Shown here: positions 20,095 to 29,775 of the stretch, in pieces
Numbering within the stretch: the first letter of the stretch is position 1
How the letters are laid out: each line of letters opens with the position of its first letter
Source of the DNA: Terriglobia bacterium
GTDB taxonomy: Bacteria > Acidobacteriota > Terriglobia > 20CM-2-55-15
Length of the DNA stretch: 64,000 nucleotides
Reading direction: 5' to 3'
NCBI GenBank assembly: GCA_965198225.1
Contig: CBDAOY010000007.1
Location: forward strand, 288,001-352,000
Made by a program: the position numbers and the translations under genes
The notes under the pieces: model-generated
Told to the model about the DNA's origin: nothing
Database searches by the model: none
Seen by the model: the letters and a program-made list of their open reading frames with translations, nothing else

Positions 20095-20300
20095 TCAGAA
20101 CCAGTCCGGTTGAGTGGGATGCATGGAGGCGGCCGGGGCAATGGGTGGCGCACGCGACGGTAGACCGAGGCAGTCCAGGATTTTCTGTGTCGCCTCGGGA
20201 GGATGAATTGCTGCGAGGATTCGCATGCGGCTCAGGCATCGGGGGCATTCCAGGACATCCAAGGACCAGACGCGTTTCATCAGTTCCGCCCAGGAAAGTT
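20095..20300 (-). pseudogene. IS91-family transposase C-terminal remnant
   Basis: SWAELMKRVWSLDVLECPRCLSRMRILAAI...KILDCLGLPSRAPPIAPA matches the C-terminal tail I recognise from IS91-like transposases. Confidence 0.75.
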
Positions 20301-20837
20301 CCGCCTCCCTCCCGTGCTCCCCCCATCGTGCCCGCGTCCATGACGAAGGAGAACTGGAATGGGCCTGAGCTCACCGTTGGAATGATCCTGATCCGGAAGG
20401 ATCACTTCACCAAAGGAGATCTGCGCCCGAACCTCGGTTACCTTGTCTTCCTCCTCGGTCGTCACGTCTTCCTGCCCCGCGGCCAGCCTGCATTAAACCG
20501 CATAGCGGAATTCTTCGGCAGGTCCGCGGCTGCTTTGGGCTGTGAAGTTCACCCAGCGGGCGGCGCCACCACCTCGCGAACCGGTTAAATTCTCATCAAC
20601 TCATCCCTCATAGTGGGGCGTGATGACAAAAGGGCTTCTTGTTTTTCCTATGCTCAGCCTATGCTGGACGACGTGTTCGGACTCGCGCGAAAGCTGATCG
20701 ACCAGCACTGAGAATCCGAACGACTCATCACCGATGCGCGGACAGCTTACTCCCCGGGCTTCCAGTCGCCACTGAGAAATTGCTATAGTGCTCGGAACCA
20801 ACTCTGTGGACATCCCATACCTGTAGGAGCAGCATCG

Positions 20838-21440
20838 GTGGCCCAGTTCGAGCACGCTTGTTTCATCAGCTACAAACATCCTCCTCCAGCGCTGGCGTCG
20901 GTCAAACACAGTTGGCTGGAATTCATCGAGGCGTTCGAAAGACGGCTACAGTCGTTTCTGACGGTCAACTTGCCCGTCTACAGGGATGAACAGCTCGACG
21001 ACGAACCCGGTGCCCCCTACCCCACCGAGCTGTCTACGAGGATGTGCAAGAGCGTTTGTATGGTTGCCTTTCTGGTCCCGCAATACCTGGAGAGCAGCTG
21101 GTGCGTCGATGAATGGAAAGCGATGGAAAAGCTGGAGGTCCACAGACTTGGAAACGACAAGGGACTCATCCTTCCGATCGTGATGCATGGTCAGAAGGAG
21201 AGCTTCGAGCAGTTCGTCGGAGAACGCCATGTCGCCGACTTTTCACATATCGTCGCGCCAAAGCAGCAGCTGAAAACAGTCGGCAACAGCAAGCGCATCA
21301 AGAAGATGGCGGAACGGATTAGCCGGTTCAGTAGCAGTCTGGGGGGACCGAGTGTCGATTGCGGAACATTCACCATTACGGAAGGAACCGAGCGCGTGAT
21401 CCCTTCGCCTGACGCCGATCCCGATCCGCTGGCCCAGTAA
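20838..21440 (+). CDS. Stand-alone TIR-domain protein
   Basis: CFISYKH, YLESSWCVDEW (Glu at catalytic position), ILPIV; AGGAG RBS; TAATG overlap with next gene. Confidence 0.85.
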   Translation: MAQFEHACFISYKHPPPALASVKHSWLEFIEAFERRLQSFLTVNLPVYRDEQLDDEPGAPYPTELSTRMCKSVCMVAFLVPQYLESSWCVDEWKAMEKLEVHRLGNDKGLILPIVMHGQKESFEQFVGERHVADFSHIVAPKQQLKTVGNSKRIKKMAERISRFSSSLGGPSVDCGTFTITEGTERVIPSPDADPDPLAQ

Positions 21441-23083
21441 TGCCCAACAAGTTCGGAAAGATCATCACATTCTACTCCTATAAGGGTGGCACGGGCCGCT
21501 CGATGGTGTTGGCAAACGTCGCCTATCTGTTGGCCAAATCCGAACATGTCTCCAAGGGCGTCCTCGTTATCGACTGGGACCTGGAAGCACCGGGGCTTCA
21601 AAGTTTCTTCTACAACCGCTTTCAAAAACAGTTCGGATCGAGCACACGCCCAAGTTACGCCGCGGAGCTGAACGGTGCTCAAGGCCTGATCGACTTCCTG
21701 ACCGACGTCAAGACCCACTACCGCAAAAGCCATCCCCTATCTGACGATGGGAAACTGGAGGCTCTTCCAGAAAGCACGGCCGATCAGGCGCTGACCTCGC
21801 GAATCTTCGAAGAAGCACTGGAAAAACACCCTTTGAAGAAATACCGGTTGGATCTGGACGAACTGCCGATGTTGTCGGTGATGAAGGCGGGCAGCCAGCA
21901 GACGGATCGCGGTGACGAAGACACCTATTGGACCAAGGTGAAGGGTTTCGACTGGAGCGAATTCTACCGTCAGTACGGGAGCTTCTTTACCCACTTCCGC
22001 GAGCACTTGATGAAGACCTTCGACTTCGTTTTGATCGATTCTCGTACCGGGCTGACCGACATCGGCGGCATCTGCACGCGGGTGATGCCTGAGACGCTCG
22101 TCGCGGTCTTTGCGCCGAATCATCAGAACATCGCGGGCGTCGAACGCGTTGTCCGAAAGTCGGTCGGCTACCGCCGGCGTTCGCGGGATCCGCGTCCGCT
22201 GAGCGCTTTTCCCTTGGCCTCCCGAATCGATGCGTCGGCCTCGCGACTTCGAAAGATCTGGTGGCGTGGTGGGGAATTGGGTGGCGAGCAGATCACCGGA
22301 TACCAGGCGACGTTCGAAAAGCTGTTTAAAGAGCTCTACGAGTTGGAGGAATGCGACCTTGGACCGTACTTCGACGCGACCCAGGTTCCACACGACAGCG
22401 ATTTCGCATATGGCGAATCGGTGGCCGCCATGGAGCAGGGCACCGAGGACCGTTTCTCGATTGGCCACGCCTGCGAGGAGCTGATGGAACGCCTGGTCCA
22501 GACTCCTTTTCCGTGGGAGCCACTGGGAACCTCCGAAGCCCGCGGGGGAGTGTACGTTAGCTATCGCCGCAAGGATTCCGCACATCAGGCTCGGCTCTTG
22601 CATGACGCGCTGGTTGAGCGAGTCGGTGCGGGATGGGTCTACATGGACGTGGACCACATGGCTATCGGAACGAGTTTCAGGGAGACAATGGCCGCGATGC
22701 TGGATCGAGCCGCGCTCATGCTGGTGGTGATCGGTCCGGAGTGGCTCAGCACAGGCTCATCAGAAACGCCAACGATCGCCGACCCAGGCGATTTCGTCCA
22801 CCACGAGATCGCGGAGGCTCTCAGACGCGACATGCGGATCGTTCCCTTGCTGGTCGACAACGCCAAGATGCCCCGCCCCGAAGTGCTGCCCCCGGACCTG
22901 TTCGGCCTGATGCAATTCAACGCTTTCGAGATCACCAACGATCAGTGGGACGCCGACTTGGCCGGGCTTTTCCAAGCCCTCGACGACATCTTGCCAAGCG
23001 CACAGATTCTGACGCGATGGGAGCTTTTTGTCCGGATACTGAAACGATTCTGGAAGTCTCTCCGCGAGGCTCTGTCAGGTTAA
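21440..23083 (+). CDS. MinD/ParA-like (KGGxGR) P-loop ATPase fused to C-terminal TIR domain
   Basis: FYSYKGGTGRSMVLANVA, VLVIDWDLEAPGL, FVLIDSRTG; C-terminal VYVSYRRKDS...DFVHHEIAEAL...IVPLLV. Confidence 0.85.
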   Translation: MPNKFGKIITFYSYKGGTGRSMVLANVAYLLAKSEHVSKGVLVIDWDLEAPGLQSFFYNRFQKQFGSSTRPSYAAELNGAQGLIDFLTDVKTHYRKSHPLSDDGKLEALPESTADQALTSRIFEEALEKHPLKKYRLDLDELPMLSVMKAGSQQTDRGDEDTYWTKVKGFDWSEFYRQYGSFFTHFREHLMKTFDFVLIDSRTGLTDIGGICTRVMPETLVAVFAPNHQNIAGVERVVRKSVGYRRRSRDPRPLSAFPLASRIDASASRLRKIWWRGGELGGEQITGYQATFEKLFKELYELEECDLGPYFDATQVPHDSDFAYGESVAAMEQGTEDRFSIGHACEELMERLVQTPFPWEPLGTSEARGGVYVSYRRKDSAHQARLLHDALVERVGAGWVYMDVDHMAIGTSFRETMAAMLDRAALMLVVIGPEWLSTGSSETPTIADPGDFVHHEIAEALRRDMRIVPLLVDNAKMPRPEVLPPDLFGLMQFNAFEITNDQWDADLAGLFQALDDILPSAQILTRWELFVRILKRFWKSLREALSG

Positions 23084-23153
23084 CTGGCCGCATGGCACAA
23101 TTCATTTGCGGACCGAAATGCGTCCTCGATCTCCGGGCCTGCGTATCGTCGTC

Positions 23154-26000
23154 ATGAGCAAAGTATTTCTCTCATACTCCCGAGAAGACAAGGACTTCGC
23201 ACGCCGGTTGGCGGGCGAGCTGACCGAACAGGGTCAGGACGTATGGATCGATCTCGACGATATTCCTCCAAGCGCAGAATGGAAGTCAGAGATACGCTCG
23301 GCGATAGAGGCTGCAGACAACTGTGGTTTTGTACTTAGTCCCGGATTTGTCGCATCCGAAATCTGTGCTGAGGAGCTTGCGCACGCCATCGAGCATAACA
23401 AGCGCATCGTTCCTTTGCTGTATCGAGACGTGGAGCCGAGCAGTTTGGACAAAGCGCTCGCGTCACTGAACTGGATTGTCTGCCGGAACGAAGAAGGCCT
23501 ATCCGGCGTGGTTACCCAGGTGATGGCGGCGCTGACGACAGACCTTGAATGGGTGCGAGCACATACTCGTCTGCTCGTGCGGGCGCTTGAGTGGGAAAGA
23601 GCCGATCACAACCGCAGCTATCTTCTCCGGGGTGACGATCTCAGCACGGCGGAACAGTCGGTACAAAATGCCAGCGCCAAGGAGCCACAACCAAGCGAGT
23701 CGCAGTCGAGGTATCTGAACGCCAGCCGAAGAGCTGTTACCCGACGTTTGCGCAACACAATTGCTTCGCTCGCCGTTGCGCTGGTAGTCACTGCAGCGTT
23801 GGGCGTGACGGCGTGGATTCAGCGAGAGGCGAAGGAAGAACAGCGCCTAGTTGCTGTAGCTCGACAGGCCGCCGCGCGCGCTGAACTGCTGCTCGACCAG
23901 GAACCTCGACTGCTCCAATACTCGCTGTTTTTGGCGGCGGTTTCCCTGCGGGATTCCCCGACCCTTGAAGGCGAGCGCGCATTACGTAGATCCGTAGACT
24001 TGCAGCCGAAAGCAGTGATGAAGCTCCCTCTCGAGGGCGACGCGGCAGTTGTGGTCTTTGAGTCCGACAATCGATTCTTGGTGATTGGTGGTGAACTTGG
24101 CATTCGAGTATTCGACGTATCCCTTGACACCGAGGTGCTGTCGCTCTGGGATCAATACCCAGTTCACTTGGTGGCAGTGAGCCCGGATGGACGATGGGTA
24201 GGAGCGGCGAGCGGTAGCGAAGCTCGGATCTTCGCATTCGACACGGGCAGGGTTGTGGCGAGGCTGCCGCATCGGAACACTGTGCGTGCCTTGGTCTTCA
24301 GCCCCGACAGCGCTTCGCTAGCAACAGCGGCCGAAGGCAATGAGGCTCGAGTTTGGGTGTCTGAAACTGGGACTTTCTCCTACCAGTTAGACGGGGCGGT
24401 ATCGGCGACCCTTGCTTTCAGCCCCGACGGAAGATGGATCGCGGGAGGCTCGATTGCCGGCGTTGAGGTCTGGAAGGCAGCGACTGGCGAACTAGTGACC
24501 GAGATCCAAACAGCGGGTGGAGTGGGATCTCTAGCGTTTGGTCCGGAGGGAGTACAGCTTGCGATAGGAAGTGCGACTTCGTCCTCAGGGTCCAATTATT
24601 ACGCAGCCATAATGAATGTGGAAACGGGCGATGTCTCAACACGTGTGCGACACAAGAATCCGGTTCGCACCGTGGCCTTCAGTCCCGATGGCGACTACGT
24701 CGCAAGCGGGAGTGATGGTTTCAACCTCCGTGTCTGGGACCCGAGAACAGGCGCCGTTGTCGCCGAAATGCGACACGGAGACGAGATAAGAAAGGTGGCC
24801 TTCAACTCCAGTGGGAGCCGGGTTGTCACTCTGAGTCTGGATGGAACGGCGCGAGTATGGCAGGCAGCGACGGGCGACGAGGTGGCTCGGGTGGGGCACG
24901 AAAGAGGCGTGGCGGATGTGGACCTTAGTCCGGATGGTCGGTGGCTGGCCACCGCAAGTGGGAACGAGGTCGTTGTGTGGGAAGCGGCGGCAAGGGGGGA
25001 GTCAACACGCATGGAAACTGGGGACGTGCGCGTGGCTGCGCTCGCCTTCGGCGATGACAGCCGGACGCTGATCGCGATAACGGCCGGCGGTTCTGCCCCG
25101 CTCGCTAGAACCTACAAGATCGATACCGCCGAGGAGGTAGGGCAGACTGCACTCAGCAACTACGCCCAGTGGTTCGCAATTAGCTCAAACTCAAGGTGGG
25201 TCGCGTCAACTGCGGGTAGCAGCGTTGATGTCTTTGACGTTGTCGAGGGGGAATGGGCAGCACAGTTCTATCACCAGGGCATGGCGTTGTATCTGACGTT
25301 CAGTGCTGATGGTCGATGGCTGGCAATCGGCGGGACGAACGACGGGGTTGTCAGGATTTGGGACGTGTCCGACGGATTTGATCGCGGGCGAACGCCAGTG
25401 GTACGCATGCCGCATCAGAACTGGGTGAACGCAGTGGCATTCAGCCATGACGGTAGATTGGTGGCAACGGGGGACTATCTCAAGGCCCGAGTTTGGGGAG
25501 TTGAGACGGGCGATCAAGTTGCCGAGTTCAGTCATCCATCCGCCGTGGACGCGTTGGCTCTGAGCCGCGACAACCGGTTGTTAGCATCAGCCAGCAGCGG
25601 AACCGTTTATCTTTGGGATGTCGCGGCAGAAGAAGAAGTTGCGCGAATAGTACACGGAGGGCCCGTCCGGGCCTTGGCATTCAGCGAAGAGGGTCACCTT
25701 GCGACCGCGGGCGGACCAGTTGCGCGAATCTGGGACATTGGAAGCGGGCTAGAGTTAAACCGCGTGGTGCACGAGGGCCGGATCGATAGTTTGGCCTTTA
25801 GTCGCGATGGCCGATGGCTCGCGACGGGGTCTCTCGACGGGACGGCCCGGGTGTGGGCTCGCACGCTGGAAAGAAACGATCTTATCCTGGAAGCGTGTAA
25901 TCGAATTGTCCACGAGCTCAACGCGGATACACTGCGAAGATACTTTGGCGAGATGCCGGTTTCGACGCCATGCCAGGAGTTCCGAGGCGACGACGGGTGA
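23154..26000 (+). CDS. TIR - transmembrane helix - WD40 repeat protein
   Basis: KVFLSYSREDK...SEICAEELAHA TIR; TM segment IASLAVALVVTAALGVTAWI; roughly 14 FSPDG/WD repeats; no Walker A seen. Confidence 0.88.
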   Translation: MSKVFLSYSREDKDFARRLAGELTEQGQDVWIDLDDIPPSAEWKSEIRSAIEAADNCGFVLSPGFVASEICAEELAHAIEHNKRIVPLLYRDVEPSSLDKALASLNWIVCRNEEGLSGVVTQVMAALTTDLEWVRAHTRLLVRALEWERADHNRSYLLRGDDLSTAEQSVQNASAKEPQPSESQSRYLNASRRAVTRRLRNTIASLAVALVVTAALGVTAWIQREAKEEQRLVAVARQAAARAELLLDQEPRLLQYSLFLAAVSLRDSPTLEGERALRRSVDLQPKAVMKLPLEGDAAVVVFESDNRFLVIGGELGIRVFDVSLDTEVLSLWDQYPVHLVAVSPDGRWVGAASGSEARIFAFDTGRVVARLPHRNTVRALVFSPDSASLATAAEGNEARVWVSETGTFSYQLDGAVSATLAFSPDGRWIAGGSIAGVEVWKAATGELVTEIQTAGGVGSLAFGPEGVQLAIGSATSSSGSNYYAAIMNVETGDVSTRVRHKNPVRTVAFSPDGDYVASGSDGFNLRVWDPRTGAVVAEMRHGDEIRKVAFNSSGSRVVTLSLDGTARVWQAATGDEVARVGHERGVADVDLSPDGRWLATASGNEVVVWEAAARGESTRMETGDVRVAALAFGDDSRTLIAITAGGSAPLARTYKIDTAEEVGQTALSNYAQWFAISSNSRWVASTAGSSVDVFDVVEGEWAAQFYHQGMALYLTFSADGRWLAIGGTNDGVVRIWDVSDGFDRGRTPVVRMPHQNWVNAVAFSHDGRLVATGDYLKARVWGVETGDQVAEFSHPSAVDALALSRDNRLLASASSGTVYLWDVAAEEEVARIVHGGPVRALAFSEEGHLATAGGPVARIWDIGSGLELNRVVHEGRIDSLAFSRDGRWLATGSLDGTARVWARTLERNDLILEACNRIVHELNADTLRRYFGEMPVSTPCQEFRGDDG

Positions 26001-26029
26001 CGTGGAGTCAGGGTGCCCGAGGAGCTTGA

Positions 26030-26110
26030 GCGAGAGAACGCCCGCCTGAACCTGGAGAGGTTGGCGACGGAGGCGATGCTGGACAACCCATCTTGAAAGA
26101 GGGTGTTGTC
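26030..26110 (+). pseudogene. IS3-family OrfA fragment
   Basis: Degenerate ELERENARL...EAMLDN motif. Confidence 0.5.
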
Positions 26111-26209
26111 GCAGTATGAAAGGACGCCCCTTATCTGGGGTTTGTTGAGAGAAAACTCTCAACAAACCTGATCAACGTTGGCGCGTTGATCCCAGAAAGG
26201 AGCGTTGTA

Positions 26210-27271
26210 ATGAAACGAGACAAGTATGTGGGGATGGATGTCCACCAGTCAATGACAGTGGTGGCGGTGATGAATGCCGAAGGGAAGATCGTGCTGGAGA
26301 CCATGGTGCCCACGGCAGCGTCGCCGATCCGTGAGTTGATCGAGAGTCTGAGCGGGCGGTTGCATGTGACGCTGGAGGAGGGCACGCAGGCCCAGTGGTT
26401 ACACGAGGTGATTGGCGACCTGGCAAAGGAAATCGTGGTGTGTGATCCCAAACGGAACAAACTCCTAACGGAAGGCTCGAAGGGAGACAAGCCCGATGCG
26501 CGGAAACTGGCGGAGCTTCTACGGGTCGGAATGCTGCGATCGGTATGGCACGGGCACGAGCAGACACGTGGTTTGAAACAGATGGTTCGGGCCTATGAGA
26601 CCTTCACCATCGACACGAAGCGGACAATGCTTCGGATTAAGGCCATCTACCGGGGTCGTGGCATTCGGACGGGGGGATCGGGAGTCTACCAGGCGACACA
26701 GCGCGAGCAGTGGCTGGGACAGATCCCTGAGACGGGAATGCGGCAACGCGCGGCCTGGCTGTATGAACAGTTGGATCAGGTTCGGAAACTACGCAAGCAG
26801 GCCAAGGCTGGCATGCTGGAGGAGAGCCGCCATCACCAGGCCGTCGCTCTGCTGCGAAGCATTCCCCAACTGGGTCCGATCCGAGCGGCTCAGATTGTGG
26901 CCACGGCCGATACGCCACACCGGTTCCGAACCAAGCGGCAGTTCTGGAGCTATAGCGGCCTGGCGGTAGTCACCCACAGCAGCGCGGAATATGAGTTTCA
27001 GGCGGGTCGGGTCGTGCGGCGATCCAAACCAGTGGCCACACGGGGATTGAACCGGAACTGCAACCGGCGCCTGAAATCGGTCTTCGTTTCGGCAGCCACT
27101 GCGGGAGGTAGGAGCGATCCCTGGCGGGAGTATCTGGAGAGTCTCAAAGAGAAAGGTATGCGGCCAGAGATGGCTCGGCTCACTCTGGCGCGGAAGATTG
27201 CAACCGTCGCTCTGACGATTTGGAAGAAAGGAGAAACATTCGATCCTAAGAAACTGAACGCGACACCATAG
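26210..27271 (+). CDS. IS110-family DEDD transposase/recombinase
   Basis: YVGMDVHQ, LEEG, KGDKPDA, SIPQLGPI, WSYSGLAVVTHSS and LARKIA motifs. Confidence 0.92.
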   Translation: MKRDKYVGMDVHQSMTVVAVMNAEGKIVLETMVPTAASPIRELIESLSGRLHVTLEEGTQAQWLHEVIGDLAKEIVVCDPKRNKLLTEGSKGDKPDARKLAELLRVGMLRSVWHGHEQTRGLKQMVRAYETFTIDTKRTMLRIKAIYRGRGIRTGGSGVYQATQREQWLGQIPETGMRQRAAWLYEQLDQVRKLRKQAKAGMLEESRHHQAVALLRSIPQLGPIRAAQIVATADTPHRFRTKRQFWSYSGLAVVTHSSAEYEFQAGRVVRRSKPVATRGLNRNCNRRLKSVFVSAATAGGRSDPWREYLESLKEKGMRPEMARLTLARKIATVALTIWKKGETFDPKKLNATP

Positions 27272-27625
27272 CCGTTTTCGAGTCCACTGCCGGCGGAACA
27301 GGTACGGCCGACAGAACAGGAAACGGCGCGGATCGAGGGTGAGGATCTGGCTAACTTGTCGTCCACGGACTCCGTCCAAAGGACACGTACTGTCTCTATC
27401 CCCCCTCGCAGGACCGGAAACAGCGATAGCCTTCGAGGCTCAGATAGATCTATGGTCGGCACTGGTCGTCCCAAACCTGCTGTTCAGTTTCCGAACTCCG
27501 TCACGGTGTTGCACTGCCCGTTCTTGAATTGCTGGAACGTTCTTGCGTAACGGAAAATGGGGCTGGCTGCCTCGACAATCACCCCGGTGTCGGGGCTGCA
27601 ACCCGTCGGGGAGTTGTTTCTCTTG
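27272..27625 (+). ncRNA. Putative bridge/seek RNA region of the IS1111-type element
   Basis: Inferred from position inside the element, downstream of the transposase; structure not resolved by eye. Confidence 0.45.
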
Positions 27626-27659
27626 ACATCCCCTTTCATAGATCAAGTTAACTTCGCTG

Positions 27660-27970
27660 CCGCGCTGTCGGTCATCCGCCGTCCGCCGCAAGCTACCATC
27701 TATGAGGAAATCCCTGACTGGCAACCCTGGGTCATCTTCTTTCTCAAGGCGCTGAAAGAGCAAAGAACACGGCTGGACGCAAAGATCAGGCGGGAACGGA
27801 TAATATCGGGGACATTGCCGCCCCTATCCGTTCAAATCCTGGGGATTACCCGCGAACACGGCCAGGTTGCTGATGCCCAGCCAAAGTCACCTGCGCGAGC
27901 GGCAACACGATAAAGGACCATATCAAGGCACTAGCGGCAAACGGCCATCTGCACTGGCACGGCGGGGGTT
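27660..27970 (+). pseudogene. Fic-family protein C-terminal remnant
   Basis: PDWQPWVIFFLKALKEQRTRL...LSVQIL then frameshifted TIKDHIKAL...HGGG winged-helix-like tail; no 5' part. Confidence 0.6.
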
Positions 27971-28255
27971 GGAGTGCATGGTACTCCCTGGCTGGGACCG
28001 GCTGACACTGCGGCGCGCCGAGCAGGGCCAACGGCCCGGTCCATGCGGACACTCCCAGCTGGCGGAGCTTCTGGAATCTAAGCCTTGCGTTTCGAAACCT
28101 GTTGGGGAGGATTCGGCTTCAGCCGAAGCAAGGCGCATCAGCCGTACGTACAACGTGGCGAGCTCCAATCTCCAGGTCCTCACTCTTCTGGAAGGGGACC
28201 TGGGAGACGGCTCGGAGGATGGGTGTTGCGGTTCGAAGAATGTGCGGTCATAGAC

Positions 28256-29670
28256 CATTCCGTCCAAGATAGGTCCTGAGCCGACCCCCTAGAAAAGTAA
28301 AAAGCCCTCCTCAACCCTTGCCGGGGCATCCGTGTGTGTGTACATGCACCCGGCAATTCCAAAGGAGGGCTCCGCCATGGTAGCTGTCGCGAGCTTGTTC
28401 AATCAATTGTTGCAACACTTCCCCCGAACCGAATTCGAGAGTCTGGTCCAACTGCACCAAGCCGAACGCCATGCCAAGGGGTTTGCCTGCTGGACCCAAT
28501 TCGTATCCATGCTGTTCTGCCAGCTCGCCCATACCGATTCCCTGCGTGAAATCTGCAACGGGCTGAACTGTTGTCTGGGCAAGCTGATTCACCTGGGCAT
28601 TTCACACGGCCCGAAAAAGTCGACTCTGTCCTATGCGAACCGGCACCGGCCGGCGGCCTTGTTCGAACATCTGTTCTGGACCGCCCTGGGACGATTTCGC
28701 CAACAACAACTGTTGGGCCGCCGGTCGCATCGGTTTCGATTCCGAAACAAGTTGCTCACGATGGATTCCACCACGATTGGCCTCTGTCTGAACCTGTTCC
28801 CATGGGCGCGCTTCAAGGCCGATAAAGGCGGCATCAAGGCCCATGTCCTGCTCGACCACGACGACTACATGCCCCGCTTCCTGCGCCTCACCGATGCCAA
28901 AGGCAGCGACGTCCAGATGGCCCACCATATGCCGCTCAATCCCGGTTCCATCGTCGTGGGCGACCGCGCCTATATCGACTTCTCTCTGTTCGAAAATGGA
29001 CGCTCGGCGGCATCTTCTTCGTTGCTCGATCCCACTACAACTTACGCTACCGCGTCTTGGATGACCGTCCGCTTCCTCAGAAGCGCCGCATCCTCTCCGA
29101 TCAACTGATCCGTCTCACCGGCCGGGGCACTCATGGCCGCTGTCGTCAACCCCTACGGCGCATCGTCATCCAACGCCTCGATTATCCTGACGATCCGTTG
29201 GTCTTGCTGACCAACCACTTGACGTTTGGCTCATCCACCATCGCCGCTATCTACAAGGATCGCTGGCAGATCGAGGTCTTCTTCAAAACCCTCAAGCAGA
29301 ACCTGAAAATCAAAACCTTCATCGGAACGACCGAAAATGCGCTCCGCATTCAGATTTGGACAGCCTTGATCGCCCTGCTGTTGTTGAAATGGCTCCACTT
29401 CCTCTCCCGATGGTCCCTCTCCAACCTCGCCTCCATGCTCCGCCTGAACCTTTTTACCTACCGCAATTTGCGCGACTGGCTCGACGATCCCTTTCTCACT
29501 CCACCCCTGGAGCCGCTCCCCGCTCAACTTTCCCTACAACTCCACTGATTTTGGACAGGCTCCATGATTCGAAAAGGCAGACCTCCTCCCGGAAATCCCT
29601 TTTCTGTCTCCATAACCGATGTCCTATCAATCTCCGGTGGGTCAACCCTGTCCTATTTTGGACAGCTGTG
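28256..29670 (+). mobile_element. IS4-family insertion sequence inside a REP
   Basis: CA...TG ends, imperfect IR (GTCCAAGATAGG / CCTATTTTGGAC), 9-bp direct repeat GTCATAGAC at 28247-28255 and 29671-29679. Confidence 0.88.
28377..29548 (+). pseudogene. IS4-family transposase with one frameshift
   Basis: QFVSMLFCQL, MDSTTI, GDRAY and YKDRWQIEVFFK motifs split over two frames; one extra A in GAAAATGG (~28992) restores FEKWTLGG. Confidence 0.85.
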
Positions 29671-29720
29671 GTCATAGACCGCACCTACACCTTCTCGGGC
29701 ACTGTTGCTTACCTGCGAGA

Positions 29721-29745
29721 TGTGCGGTCATAGACCGTACCTACA
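29721..29745. repeat. GTAG-type REP palindrome
   Basis: TGTGCGGTCATAGACCGTACCTACA. Confidence 0.8.
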
Positions 29746-29775
29746 CGAAACGTCCCGTCTTCTATTCCGGTTCCC

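Larger units (their letters stand above)
26115..27640 (+). mobile_element. IS110-family element, IS1111 type
   Basis: Sub-terminal IR TATGAAAGG (26115-26123) / CCTTTCATA (27632-27640); TTGACA at 27623; ~360-bp 3' non-coding region. Confidence 0.8.

Noticed and set aside
20630-20660. CTTGTTTTTCCTATGC as an IS91 oriIS end
   Set aside because: Resemblance is loose and the orientation does not match the minus-strand remnant.
20838-21440. Stand-alone TIR as Thoeris ThsB
   Set aside because: No adjacent SIR2-SLOG or TM-Macro ThsA; the LOG-fold PpnN is over 30 kb away and frameshifted.
21440-23083. Plasmid partition or cell-division ParA/MinD
   Set aside because: Variant Walker A, TIR fusion, and no parB or minC/minE nearby.
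27970-28240. Integron attC site or small gene
   Set aside because: No convincing paired R/L boxes, no integrase, no recognisable protein motif.
28985-29000. Programmed frameshift in the IS4 transposase
   Set aside because: Only a short A run; IS4 transposases are normally single ORFs, so a single-base loss or sequencing error is simpler.
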